Assembly: GCA_963771155.1 (NCBI GenBank)
Contig: CAVYSK010000012.1
Location: forward strand, 203,504-267,503
DNA length: 64,000 bases
Direction: 5' to 3'
Origin: an uncultured Chloroflexia bacterium
Lineage (GTDB): Bacteria > Chloroflexota > Limnocylindria > QHBO01
A model generated the notes under the pieces. It saw only the letters and a program-made list of their open reading frames with translations, was not told the DNA's origin and made no database searches. Below, piece by piece: positions 55,686-64,000 of the stretch. How positions within the stretch are numbered: position 1 is the first letter of the stretch; each line of letters opens with the position of its first letter. A program made the translations under genes and the position numbers.

Positions 55686-56467
55686 CCGAGCGATGCGCCG
55701 GCGGCCCGAACGATCCCGGTGAACTCGTCCACCCGCAATGAGGCGCCGCCGACGAGGGCGCCATCGACGTCGGGCTGCGCGAAGAACTCGGCGGCGTTCC
55801 CGGCGGTCACGCTGCCGCCGTACTGGATCGGGATCTCGTCGGCAGCCTCGGGGTCGAGCTCGCGCAGGATGGCCCGGATCTGGGCGGCGACCTCCTGGGC
55901 GTCCGCGCCGGACGCCGCGTCGCCGGTGCCGATCGCCCAGACCGGCTCGTACGCGATGATCAGCCCGGTCCCGGCGAGCCGGTCGAGCCCGGCGAGTGCC
56001 GCACGTACCTGGCGATCGACCACCGATGCGGTGGCGCCGGCACGCCGCTCTTCGGCTCGTTCTCCGGCCGCCGCGATCGGCCGCAACCCGTGCGCGACCG
56101 CGCTCGCCACCTTGCGGCCCACGCCCTCGTCCGTCTCACCGTCGAACTGACGACGTTCGGAGTGGCCAAGGATGACGTGCGTCGCGATCGGGTTCCCCGG
56201 TGCTCCGGCCAACATCGCCGGCGAGGTCTCACCCGTAAAGGCGCCGGCGTCCTCCCAATGCATGGTCTGGGCGCCGACGGCGATGCCCGATCCCTGCAGC
56301 GCGTCGCGCACGAGGCCGAGGAAGATCGTCGGCGGGCAGGCGACCACGTCCACGCCGTCGATGATCGGCACCGACGTGCGCAACGCCTCGGCCAGGCCGA
56401 CGGCCTCGGCGGCAGACCGCGGATTCATCTTCCAGTTGCCGGCGATCAGCATGCGGCGCGCGGGCAT
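55682..56467 (-). CDS. tpiA: Triosephosphate isomerase
   Basis: 261-aa ORF with IAGNWKMN, ILGHSERR, AYEPVWAIGTG and YGGSV. Confidence 0.95.
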   Translation of the reverse strand: MPARRMLIAGNWKMNPRSAAEAVGLAEALRTSVPIIDGVDVVACPPTIFLGLVRDALQGSGIAVGAQTMHWEDAGAFTGETSPAMLAGAPGNPIATHVILGHSERRQFDGETDEGVGRKVASAVAHGLRPIAAAGERAEERRAGATASVVDRQVRAALAGLDRLAGTGLIIAYEPVWAIGTGDAASGADAQEVAAQIRAILRELDPEAADEIPIQYGGSVTAGNAAEFFAQPDVDGALVGGASLRVDEFTGIVRAAGASLG

Positions 56468-56469
56468 CG

Positions 56470-57321
56470 TCAGGAGTCCTCCTCGTCGCTGGCTAGCTCC
56501 ACGAGCCGCCGAAGCCGGTGGTTTACGGCCGAGCGGCTGACGCCCAGGGCCGCGGCAAGGGTATCGAGATCCGCGTCCGGCATGCGGCGTCGGAGCGCGG
56601 CCGTCTCCTGGAGCCCACGTCCGAGCGTCGCGAGGCCGCCGTCCGCCTCGAGGCGCCCGATGGCGGCCAGCTGGCGTCCGGCGGCCCGCACCGTGCGAGC
56701 GAGGTTCGCCTCCTCGGCGTTCAGGAGGCGGTTGAGCCGCGCCTGGACGTCGCGCCCCACGCGGTGGGTCTCGAGCTCGAGGACGCCGCGGTTCGCGCCG
56801 ACGAGCCGGAGCAGGGCCACGATCTCCTCCTGACCCTTCAGGTACACGACGTGGCGTCCGCGGCGTCGTGACTCGAGCGCGCGCACCTCGACATCGGCGA
56901 GTGCTCGGCGCAGCTCCGCGGCGGCATCGGCATCGCGGAGCACGAACTCGACGTGGGGGCCGGACGCCGAGAAGGAGAAGGAGCCGGAAGCGAGGAGCAC
57001 ACCGCGCAGATAGGCGCGGCGGTCATGCGGCTGGGCATCGCCCCACGACCAACCTTCCGCGACGCGCGGGTCGAGCTCGACGACCAGGTGGTGACGCGAA
57101 CGGTCTCCGCCGCGGGCCCGGACCGCCGGGCGAGGTGGATCGACAACCATCCCGAGCGAGCCCGCGAGGTGGACCGCGGTGCGGGCCGTGGCATGGTCGA
57201 GGGTGCGCAGCGCGGTGCCGCCGCTGCCGTGGAGAAGACCGACCAGCTCGGCGCGCCGGCAGCAGCCGCGGGCGGGATGAATACGGGCGAGCTCGCCCTT
57301 CACCTCGCCGGCGAGGAGCAC
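56470..57321 (-). CDS. whiA: DNA-binding protein WhiA
   Basis: GTG at 57321 lies 8 nt after the yvcK stop and gives (M)LLAGEVKGELARI... Contains LAGLIDADG-like repeats (AYLRGVLLASGSFS) and a C-terminal HTH (LAAALGVSRSAVNHRLRRL). It sits in the conserved rapZ-yvcK-whiA order. Confidence 0.88.
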   Translation of the reverse strand: MLLAGEVKGELARIHPARGCCRRAELVGLLHGSGGTALRTLDHATARTAVHLAGSLGMVVDPPRPAVRARGGDRSRHHLVVELDPRVAEGWSWGDAQPHDRRAYLRGVLLASGSFSFSASGPHVEFVLRDADAAAELRRALADVEVRALESRRRGRHVVYLKGQEEIVALLRLVGANRGVLELETHRVGRDVQARLNRLLNAEEANLARTVRAAGRQLAAIGRLEADGGLATLGRGLQETAALRRRMPDADLDTLAAALGVSRSAVNHRLRRLVELASDEEDS

Positions 57322-57329
57322 GGAACCTG

Positions 57330-58652
57330 TCAGGAGGCGTGCGCGGTCGGGCGCTGGACGCGCCGCTGCCGGGGCCGCTCGATCCGGTCCTCCTGCTGGA
57401 GGCGCATGAGCGCCGCGGCCAGCTTCGCGGGATCGTGGCGATGAGCGTTGCCCGGGTCGACGACGTCCTCCTCGACGATCACGACCGGCAGCTCCTCGAG
57501 TCGCCGAACGTCCACCTCGACCGGCTGCGCCCGCCAGCCCTCGGGCCGTCGGGCCTCCATGCTGCGGTTCACGATCACGTAGTCGACGAGGTCGGAGCCG
57601 ACGTGGTCGAACAGGGCCCGCAGGTGCGCCGATGCGGTCATCTCCGACGTCTCGCCCGGCTGCGTGGCCACGTTGCACACGTAGACCTTCAGGCCCGGTG
57701 CCGCCCTGAGGGCGTCCTGGACGTCCGCGATCAGCAGGTTCGGCAGGATGCTGCTGAACAGGCTGCCAGGACCGATCACGATCATCTCCGCTTCGAGGAT
57801 TCGCTCCAGCGCCTCGCCGTTGGCGCGCACGTCGTCCGGCTCGATGAAGACCCGGTCGATCGGCTCGTTGACCCTGGCGATCCCTGACTGGCCGTCGATG
57901 AGCCGGCCCGACGCGAGGCGGGCCGACAGGTTCAGCGGCACGCTCGTGGCCGGCAGTACCTGGCCGCGCACCGCGAGCACCCGGTTCGACTCCCGCACAG
58001 CCTCTTCGAAGTCGCCGGTGACCGCGGTCATGGCGGCGATGAAGAGGTTGCCGAATGCGTGGTTGTCGAGCCCGGACCCGGTCGGGAATCGGTACTGCAT
58101 CAGCTGGGTCATCAGGGGCTCGGCATCGGCCAGGGCAGCGATGCAGTTGCGAATGTCGCCGGGGGGCACGATCCCGAGCTGCTGCCGAAGCTGGCCGCTG
58201 CTGCCGCCGTCGTCGGCGACGGCCACCACGGCCGTGATGTTCGCGCTGTAGCCCTTGATGCCGCGCAGCAGGGTCGACAGACCGGTCCCCCCTCCGAGGG
58301 CGACAATGCGCGGTCCGCGCGCGAGGTACCGCTTCGTGTACAGCACCTCCATCACGCTGTCGCCGCGGGCCACGAACGGCGAGACCACCGAGCGCATGAG
58401 ACCCCACATGCCGATGCCGGTGAGCGCCAGGCCGGCGACGGCGACGGCGGCTGCCCGGATCGTCGGGTCCATCCACGCGCCAGTCAGCCAGTAGACGATC
58501 GCGATCTCGTCGGCCGCGGCGGTCCGATACAGGTCGCGGATGAAGATCGCCGCGCCGAGCCCGAGGATGGCGATGCCGAGGAACAGCAGGAAAAGCCAGC
58601 GCTTCAGATGCATGCCGGGGTAGAGCCAGCGCGGGATCCGTGCTCGGTTCAT
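57330..58652 (-). CDS. yvcK: YvcK/CofD-family gluconeogenesis-morphology factor with an N-terminal membrane extension of about 100 aa
   Basis: 440-aa ORF. GPRIVALGGGTGLSTLLRGIK starts the UPF0052 domain. It is preceded by predicted TM helices (WLFLLFLGIAILGLGAAIFI, AAAVAVAGLALTGIGMWGL). Confidence 0.88.
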   Translation of the reverse strand: MNRARIPRWLYPGMHLKRWLFLLFLGIAILGLGAAIFIRDLYRTAAADEIAIVYWLTGAWMDPTIRAAAVAVAGLALTGIGMWGLMRSVVSPFVARGDSVMEVLYTKRYLARGPRIVALGGGTGLSTLLRGIKGYSANITAVVAVADDGGSSGQLRQQLGIVPPGDIRNCIAALADAEPLMTQLMQYRFPTGSGLDNHAFGNLFIAAMTAVTGDFEEAVRESNRVLAVRGQVLPATSVPLNLSARLASGRLIDGQSGIARVNEPIDRVFIEPDDVRANGEALERILEAEMIVIGPGSLFSSILPNLLIADVQDALRAAPGLKVYVCNVATQPGETSEMTASAHLRALFDHVGSDLVDYVIVNRSMEARRPEGWRAQPVEVDVRRLEELPVVIVEEDVVDPGNAHRHDPAKLAAALMRLQQEDRIERPRQRRVQRPTAHAS

Positions 58653-59614
58653 CGGCCCAGCTCCCGGTGGAAGACGCTGACCTGGACGCCCTCCATGGCG
58701 CCGATGCGGGAGGCGAGCTCCTCGGCCAGGGCGATCGAGCGGTGGTATCCGCCAGTGCAGCCGAGGGCCACGCGGAGCTGGCCCTTGCCCTCCGCTCGGT
58801 ACGCAGGCGCGGTGAGCTCGAGGAGCTCGGTCACCAGCTCGAGGAACCGCGTCGCGGTCGGCTGATTGAGGACGAATTCACGGACTGGCTGCTCGAGGCC
58901 GGACAGCGGCTTCAGGTCTGGCTCCCAGTAGGGGTTCGTCAGGAATCGGACGTCGAAGACGAGGTCCGCCTCGAGCGGGATCCCGTACTTGAAGCCGAAC
59001 GTCACGATGTCGATCCGCAGGTCGTCGGTCCGCGTCTCGCGTGGCACGACGGCGAACAGGCGGTCCTTGAGCTGGCCGATCGACAGCCCGGTGGTGTCGA
59101 CGACGTGGTCGGCGAGCTCGCGGGTGCGTGCCAGCAGCCGCCGCTCCTCGGCGATGCTCGCCTGGATGCCGCTGCGGGTCGCCTCCAGCGGGTGCCGGTG
59201 GCGCGTCTCGCTGTACCGGCTCACCAGGCTGCCGTCGTTCGCCTCCAGGAAGATCAGCTCCAGGTGCCCGCCCTCCGTCTCCAGCGCCGATGCGGCCCGC
59301 GCGATCGCGGGCGCCGGATCTCCGGCGCGGATGTCAAGGACCAGCGCGGCACGGCCATAGCGGTCCGGATCGGCGCGACGCAGCGCCAGGAAATCGTCGA
59401 GGAGCGCAGGGGGCAGGTTATCCACGCACGCGTATCCCAGGTCCTCGAATAGCTTGCTCGCCTGGCTCTTGCCGGCCCCGGACAGCCCGGAGATCACCAC
59501 GAAATGCTCGGCGTCCACGGCCGATGCGCGTGCGGAAGCGACCCCCGATTCCGCCGACGTGGCGGCCGTCTCGGTCGCGGTCGGTGCCGTCCGCGCCACG
59601 CTCCCCTCCTTCAT
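58649..59614 (-). CDS. rapZ: RNase adapter / nucleotide-binding protein RapZ (YvcJ)
   Basis: Internal ATG at 59614 lies after the upstream gene stop at 59652. Contains VVISGLSGAGKSQASKLFEDLGYACVDNLP and a C-terminal GCTGGYHRS. Confidence 0.9.
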   Translation of the reverse strand: MKEGSVARTAPTATETAATSAESGVASARASAVDAEHFVVISGLSGAGKSQASKLFEDLGYACVDNLPPALLDDFLALRRADPDRYGRAALVLDIRAGDPAPAIARAASALETEGGHLELIFLEANDGSLVSRYSETRHRHPLEATRSGIQASIAEERRLLARTRELADHVVDTTGLSIGQLKDRLFAVVPRETRTDDLRIDIVTFGFKYGIPLEADLVFDVRFLTNPYWEPDLKPLSGLEQPVREFVLNQPTATRFLELVTELLELTAPAYRAEGKGQLRVALGCTGGYHRSIALAEELASRIGAMEGVQVSVFHRELGR

Positions 59615-59651
59615 CGAACGCTGCCCGAGTATAGCCACGTCGAGGCGCGGT

Positions 59652-60605
59652 TCACCTTCCGGCAGCCCGCCCGACGAGCAGGCCGTCGACTGTGGCCGAC
59701 ACGGATTCGCGCAGGGCATCGAGGTCGTACCCGCCCTCCAGCGTCAGCGCGACACCCTGAAGGCCGAGTCGAGTTGTGAGCGCGCCGAGCGCCTCCGCCA
59801 CGGCGCGGTAGCCGGCCTCGGTGACCTCGAGGTTCGCGAGCGGGTCGGCGCGGTGGCCGTCGTACCCGGCCGAAACGAGGACGGCTTCGGGTGCGAAGTC
59901 CTCGATCGCGGGCAGCAGCTCGGTGACCCATGCATCGACGAACTCGGCGTCGCCGCTTCCCGGATCGAGCGGGCGGTTGTGCTTCGTCCCTTCGGCGTCG
60001 CCGAACCCCCGGTCGGTCGCCCGCCCGGTGCCTGGGTAGAGCGGCCACTGATGCGTGGAGGCGTAGCACAGGTCCGGGTCGGCATCGAAGATCTCCTGGG
60101 TCCCATCGCCGTGATGGACGTCCCAGTCGACGATTGAGATGCGCCGCGCGGCGCCGTCTGCGCGGAGTGCGGCGACGGCCACGGCGACGCTGTTGAGCAG
60201 GCAGAAGCCGCTGGCACGCGCGGCTCCCGCATGGTGGCCAGGCGGCCGCACCACGGCGAACGCCACCTCCGTGGCTCCCTGCGCGACGGCCCGTGCTGCC
60301 CCCACGGTTGCGCCGGCCGCGACGCGGGCAGCAATCATCGAGCCCGGTCCGAGGTACGTGTCGGGGTCGAGCCAGCCGCCCCCGGACCGATCGAGGTCGT
60401 CGAGCGCGGCGATCAGCCGCGGATCGTGGATTCGCTCCGTTTCCTCGTCCGTGACGGGCGTGCACGGCATCTCGACAACGAGCCCTGCCGTTGACTGACG
60501 GACGCCGTTCGCTGCCGCGTCGCGACGCTCCGGCCGCTCCGGATGTCCCTGGGCGTGGTGTACGTCCATGGCCGCATCGGTCAGCAGCCAGATCGGCCGG
60601 TCCAT
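59652..60605 (-). CDS. Histone deacetylase-family (AcuC/HDAC-like) deacetylase
   Basis: Internal ATG at 60605. Contains RPPGHHA, DWDVHHGDGTQ, SAGYDGH and EGGY, the class I/II HDAC-fold catalytic motifs. Confidence 0.88.
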   Translation of the reverse strand: MDRPIWLLTDAAMDVHHAQGHPERPERRDAAANGVRQSTAGLVVEMPCTPVTDEETERIHDPRLIAALDDLDRSGGGWLDPDTYLGPGSMIAARVAAGATVGAARAVAQGATEVAFAVVRPPGHHAGAARASGFCLLNSVAVAVAALRADGAARRISIVDWDVHHGDGTQEIFDADPDLCYASTHQWPLYPGTGRATDRGFGDAEGTKHNRPLDPGSGDAEFVDAWVTELLPAIEDFAPEAVLVSAGYDGHRADPLANLEVTEAGYRAVAEALGALTTRLGLQGVALTLEGGYDLDALRESVSATVDGLLVGRAAGR

Positions 60606-60622
60606 CCGCTCAGCCCATCCAG

Positions 60623-61375
60623 TCAGCGACGCGCCATGCGCATGACCTGGAGCGCGCCTTCGAACAGCCCGTACATGATCAGCGACAGGATGCCGGAGCT
60701 GATCGGGTCGCCGCCCGGGGTGATCACGATCGACACGAGCACGATGATCACGACGACGAACCGACGGCGCGCGGCCAGGAACGCGTAGCTCAGGATGCCG
60801 ACCCGGTTGAGCAGTAGCAGCACGATCGGGAACTGGAACGCCAGGCCGAAGGCGATCATCAGGGTCGTGACGAACCCGACGTACTCCCCCAGGTCGAGCA
60901 TCGGTGGCACGCCGGGGAGCGACAGGTCGAGCAGGAAGGCGAGGGCGTTCGGGATGACGAGGTAGCCGAGCGTGATGCCGAGGGCGAAGAACACGACGGC
61001 GACCAGCAGGAGAGGCCAGACGACCCGTCGCTCCTTCCGGGTCAGGCCGGGCGTGACGAACGCCCACAGCTCGTAGAGGACGATCGGCATGGCGATGGCC
61101 AGGCCGATGAACAGCGCGAGGCGGATCCGCACGCCGACGCCCTCGAGCACCCGGAGCTGGATGACGTCCGTGCCCTCGGGCAGCGCATCGAGCAGCAGGG
61201 TGAGCACGGGATCGGCGAGGAACCAGCCGGCGATCGCGGCCAGCCCGACGGCCACGGCGACGACGATGATCCGGCTGCGCAGCTCGTCGAGGTGCTCGAT
61301 GAGGCTCATCGTCGCCTCGTCCACGGTCGAGCCCGAGGACGCGGGCATCGGTGGATCGGGGTCGGTGAGCGTCAC
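60623..61375 (-). CDS. tatC: Twin-arginine translocase subunit TatC
   Basis: 250-aa ORF with SLIEHLDELRSR, six TM helices and FVTPGLTRKERR. Confidence 0.92.
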   Translation of the reverse strand: MTLTDPDPPMPASSGSTVDEATMSLIEHLDELRSRIIVVAVAVGLAAIAGWFLADPVLTLLLDALPEGTDVIQLRVLEGVGVRIRLALFIGLAIAMPIVLYELWAFVTPGLTRKERRVVWPLLLVAVVFFALGITLGYLVIPNALAFLLDLSLPGVPPMLDLGEYVGFVTTLMIAFGLAFQFPIVLLLLNRVGILSYAFLAARRRFVVVIIVLVSIVITPGGDPISSGILSLIMYGLFEGALQVMRMARR

Positions 61376-61437
61376 GTAGGCGTCACGTCACGCGGCGCCG
61401 GACGCGGCCGGTGCCGGACTCCCGGCCGGTGCCGGGG

Positions 61438-61650
61438 TCAGCGGTCCGAGGGCTCGCTGGCGGGCTGCTCGTCCTTGGGGGGACGTTTCGGCTCGCCGCG
61501 CACGGACTCCTCGAGCTCGCTGGATGCCTTGCGGAACTCGCGGATCCCCTTCCCGACCGCGTTGCCGATGTCGGGCAGCTTGCCGGGGCCGAAGATGATC
61601 AGGACGATCACCAGCAGCAGGATGAGCTCCATGGGTCCGGGAACCGGCAT
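61438..61650 (-). CDS. tatA: Twin-arginine translocase subunit TatA/E (alternative ATG at 61632)
   Basis: [42 protein letters not shown] is the TM plus amphipathic helix with the FGPxKLP motif. The rest of the 229-aa track ORF overlaps pyrF out of frame. Confidence 0.9.
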   Translation of the reverse strand: MPVPGPMELILLLVIVLIIFGPGKLPDIGNAVGKGIREFRKASSELEESVRGEPKRPPKDEQPASEPSDR

Positions 61651-61654
61651 GTAA

Positions 61655-62509
61655 TCACGAACCTCCGCTGGGGGCCGCGTGAGCGGCACTGCCCTCCGAG
61701 TGTAGCACCGACTCCTGCATGCGACCCCGGTACGCCTCGGCCGCCGCGGATGCGGCGGCGCGCCAGTCCTGCCCCATGGACGCTTCGGCGATCCCGCGAG
61801 AGACCGATACGATGCCGGGTGCCCACGCGCCCGAGCAGGCACGAGCCGAGGCTGCGAGGTCACCACCCTGGGCCCCGACGCCGGGCACCAGGAACGCGGG
61901 TCCGGGAACGGCATCGCGCAGGCGCATGAGCTCGTCGGGCCCGGTGGCACCGACCACGAGGCCGACGCGGCCGCCGGGCCAACGGTCGGAGACCCAGCTC
62001 GCGATCCGCCGGTGAACCGGTTCGCCGTCGACTTCGAGGTCCTGGACGCGCGTGCCCGACGGGTTGCTCGTTCGGGCGAGCACGTATGCCATCCGGTCCG
62101 GGTACGCGAGGAACGGCTCGATGGCATCCTCGCCGAGGTAGGGGCTCAGGGTCACGGCATCGGCGTCGAGATGGCCGAACAGCCCGGCGGCGTACCGCTC
62201 GGCCGTGGAGCCGATGTCGCCGCGCTTCGCATCCAGCACGCAGAGGAGATCACCCGGAACCTCGCGGCGCACCCGCTCCAGCGCCGCCCACCCGGCCGCT
62301 CCGAACGCCTCGAAGAAGGCCACGTTGATCTTGACCGCCACGGCGTGCTCGGCGGCCGACTCGATGATGCCCCGCGCAAACGTCTCAACGCCGGCGACGT
62401 CACGGGGCAGGTCGTCCGGCAGCCGGTCGGGATGGGGGTCGATCCCGAGGCACAGCGGCGCGCCGAGCGCTGCCGTTCGTTCGCGCAGCCTGTCGAGCGG
62501 TGCAGTCAT
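61655..62509 (-). CDS. pyrF: Orotidine 5'-phosphate decarboxylase (type 2)
   Basis: 284-aa ORF with [32 protein letters not shown] and PGVGAQGG. Confidence 0.92.
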   Translation of the reverse strand: MTAPLDRLRERTAALGAPLCLGIDPHPDRLPDDLPRDVAGVETFARGIIESAAEHAVAVKINVAFFEAFGAAGWAALERVRREVPGDLLCVLDAKRGDIGSTAERYAAGLFGHLDADAVTLSPYLGEDAIEPFLAYPDRMAYVLARTSNPSGTRVQDLEVDGEPVHRRIASWVSDRWPGGRVGLVVGATGPDELMRLRDAVPGPAFLVPGVGAQGGDLAASARACSGAWAPGIVSVSRGIAEASMGQDWRAAASAAAEAYRGRMQESVLHSEGSAAHAAPSGGS

Positions 62510-64000
62510 CCGGCGCGTGCCAGGGTCGGTCGCGGAACGCGCCGCGCGACGAGCGGGCTCGCCTCCGACGACGCGTAGTCCACGACGCGCATCCGGAGCC
62601 GCGCCAGCCCTCCGAACGTGTCGCGCTCGAGCGTGCCGACAAGATCGATCTCCGTGTCCGGCTCCGGAAGCGGGCGCGCCGCATCATGTCCGAACGCGAT
62701 GGCGTCGAACGTCTCGAGACCTCGTCGCATGCGGAACGCGATATGCGCCTCGGTCGGTCCGACGCGTCGCGCCTCCCGGACCGTCATGCCGGTCACCGCG
62801 AGCACGGGCTCGAGGTGCCCGGGACCGTACGGTGCCAGGCGATCCAGCTCGTCCGCGAGCGCCCATTCGACATGGCGCGCCGGAAGCACGAGGTCCACGA
62901 CCTGGCGACCGGGCCGCGCGCGCTCGACCCCGGCATCGGCCGGGAAGGGGCGAGGCAACGCGGCGAACGCGAGACCGAACGCGTCCCAGTCCTCCGGCCG
63001 GAGGCTGAACCCGCCCGCCCCGGCATGCCCACCACGTTTCGTGAGATATGCATGGCAGGCCTCCAGCGCCCAGGCGACGTGGAAGTCGACCGGCGCGCGA
63101 ACGGACCCGCGAACCTCGTTCCCGACGAGCGCCGCGGCAGCGACCGGTCGGGCGAGCGCATCGGACAGCCGACCGGCGACGAGCCCGAGTAGCCCGGGGG
63201 CCCACGTGTCGTCCCGGACCAGCAAGGGCACGGTCCCCGGAGAGGCGTCGGCAAGGAGGCGCGCGGCGCGGATCGCGTCGGTCGTCAGCTCGCGTCGTCG
63301 CTCATGGACCTCCTCCAGCTCCGCGGCCAGGGCCTCCGCACGCTCCTCGTTCTCCTCGAGCAGGAGGGAGATCGCAAGCTCGACATCGGCGATTCGCCCG
63401 GCAGCGTTGATCCGCGGGACCACGCCGAATCCGAGATCTCGGGCGGTCGGCTGACCGGGCGCCTCGCAGGAACGGCGGAGCAGCGCTCGCAGGCCGGCAT
63501 GTGACGTGCGCGCCAGCTCGTCGAGCCCGAGGCGCACGATTGCCCGGCTCTCGCCGGTCATCGGGGCGAGGTCTGCGACCGTGCCGATCGCGGCGATCGC
63601 CGCCAGGCCCTCGGTCGATAGGCCGTGCCGATCGAGGAGCGCCGCGGCGAGCTTGTACGACAGCCCGGCGCCGGTGAGGTCTGGATCCGGGTAGGCGCAG
63701 TCGGCCCGATGCGGGTCGACGACTGCCACCGCGTCCGGCAGCGGGTCCGGCGGCAGGTGATGGTCGGTGATGACGACATCGACGCCAAGCTCGCGCGCCA
63801 CGCGCACCTCGGCCGTGTTCGTCACCCCGCAGTCGCAGGTCACGACGAGACGCACGCCGGCATCCGCGAGCTTGCGCAGGCCCGCCTCGGACAGGCCGTA
63901 GCCCTCGGCGAGGCGCGACGGGACGTGCCGTACGGGATCGACGCCCAGGCGCCGCAGCGCGGAGACCCAGACGACGATCGCGGTCATGCCGTCGGCGTCG
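62506..64000 (-). CDS. recJ: Single-stranded-DNA-specific exonuclease RecJ; N-terminus lies beyond the window end
   Basis: The frame stays open to position 64000. The last codons read DADG before MTAIVV..., followed by VVTCDCG, VITDHH (DHH motif), GGHAGAGG (DHHA1) and a C-terminal OB-like domain. Confidence 0.9.
   Translation of the reverse strand, partial: DADGMTAIVVWVSALRRLGVDPVRHVPSRLAEGYGLSEAGLRKLADAGVRLVVTCDCGVTNTAEVRVARELGVDVVITDHHLPPDPLPDAVAVVDPHRADCAYPDPDLTGAGLSYKLAAALLDRHGLSTEGLAAIAAIGTVADLAPMTGESRAIVRLGLDELARTSHAGLRALLRRSCEAPGQPTARDLGFGVVPRINAAGRIADVELAISLLLEENEERAEALAAELEEVHERRRELTTDAIRAARLLADASPGTVPLLVRDDTWAPGLLGLVAGRLSDALARPVAAAALVGNEVRGSVRAPVDFHVAWALEACHAYLTKRGGHAGAGGFSLRPEDWDAFGLAFAALPRPFPADAGVERARPGRQVVDLVLPARHVEWALADELDRLAPYGPGHLEPVLAVTGMTVREARRVGPTEAHIAFRMRRGLETFDAIAFGHDAARPLPEPDTEIDLVGTLERDTFGGLARLRMRVVDYASSEASPLVARRVPRPTLARAG

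Overview
This is a high-GC bacterial chromosomal segment. My spot counts of single 60-nt lines give about 70-75% G+C in the core and about 57-67% between 47.3 and 51.1 kb. Nearly all of it is tightly packed housekeeping genes on the minus strand, many with 1-4 nt start/stop overlaps. Recognisable blocks, in minus-strand order, are:
- recJ-pyrF-tatA-tatC-HDAC-rapZ-yvcK-whiA-tpiA-gpmI-secG
- two tRNA clusters (Leu-CAG, Leu-GAG, Val / Phe, Gly, Gln, Cys) around lemA-htpX
- rpsF-ssb-rpsR
- tauE-DUF1634 and terC, the latter behind a yybP-ykoY-type Mn riboswitch
- ilvE and a GT2 synthase plus membrane partner
- ileS behind a T-box leader, then lspA-rluD-gmk-priA-def-fmt
- rlmN-rpe, recG-rsmD-coaD, yceD-rpmF-plsX-nusB-acpP-rnc-smc-ftsY-ffh
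- rpsP-KH-rimM-trmD-rplS, rnhB, yraN
- rpsB-tsf-pyrH-frr-uppS

The gene content (whiA/yvcK/rapZ, T-box, LysM, DUF3352) suggests a high-GC Terrabacteria lineage, either Chloroflexota or deep Actinomycetota. I cannot assign it from sequence alone.

I found no CRISPR array, transposase, integrase, or recognisable defence or toxin system.

The points most worth a second look are:
- Seven conserved genes (trmD, rimM, recG, dtd, a DUF4015 lipoprotein, rlmN, fmt) each need a 1-nt frame correction. All seven lie between 6.6 and 29.5 kb.
- A lower-GC islet of hypothetical genes sits between tRNAs. It has palindrome-rich regulatory DNA and a long inverted repeat.
- A LysM/SLT gene carries a near-perfect 225-bp in-frame tandem duplication.
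- Ribosomal proteins S2, S16 and S6 carry long low-complexity C-terminal tails.
- The RNase HII lacks the Glu of the DEAGRG motif.

Most of the window is ordinary core genome.
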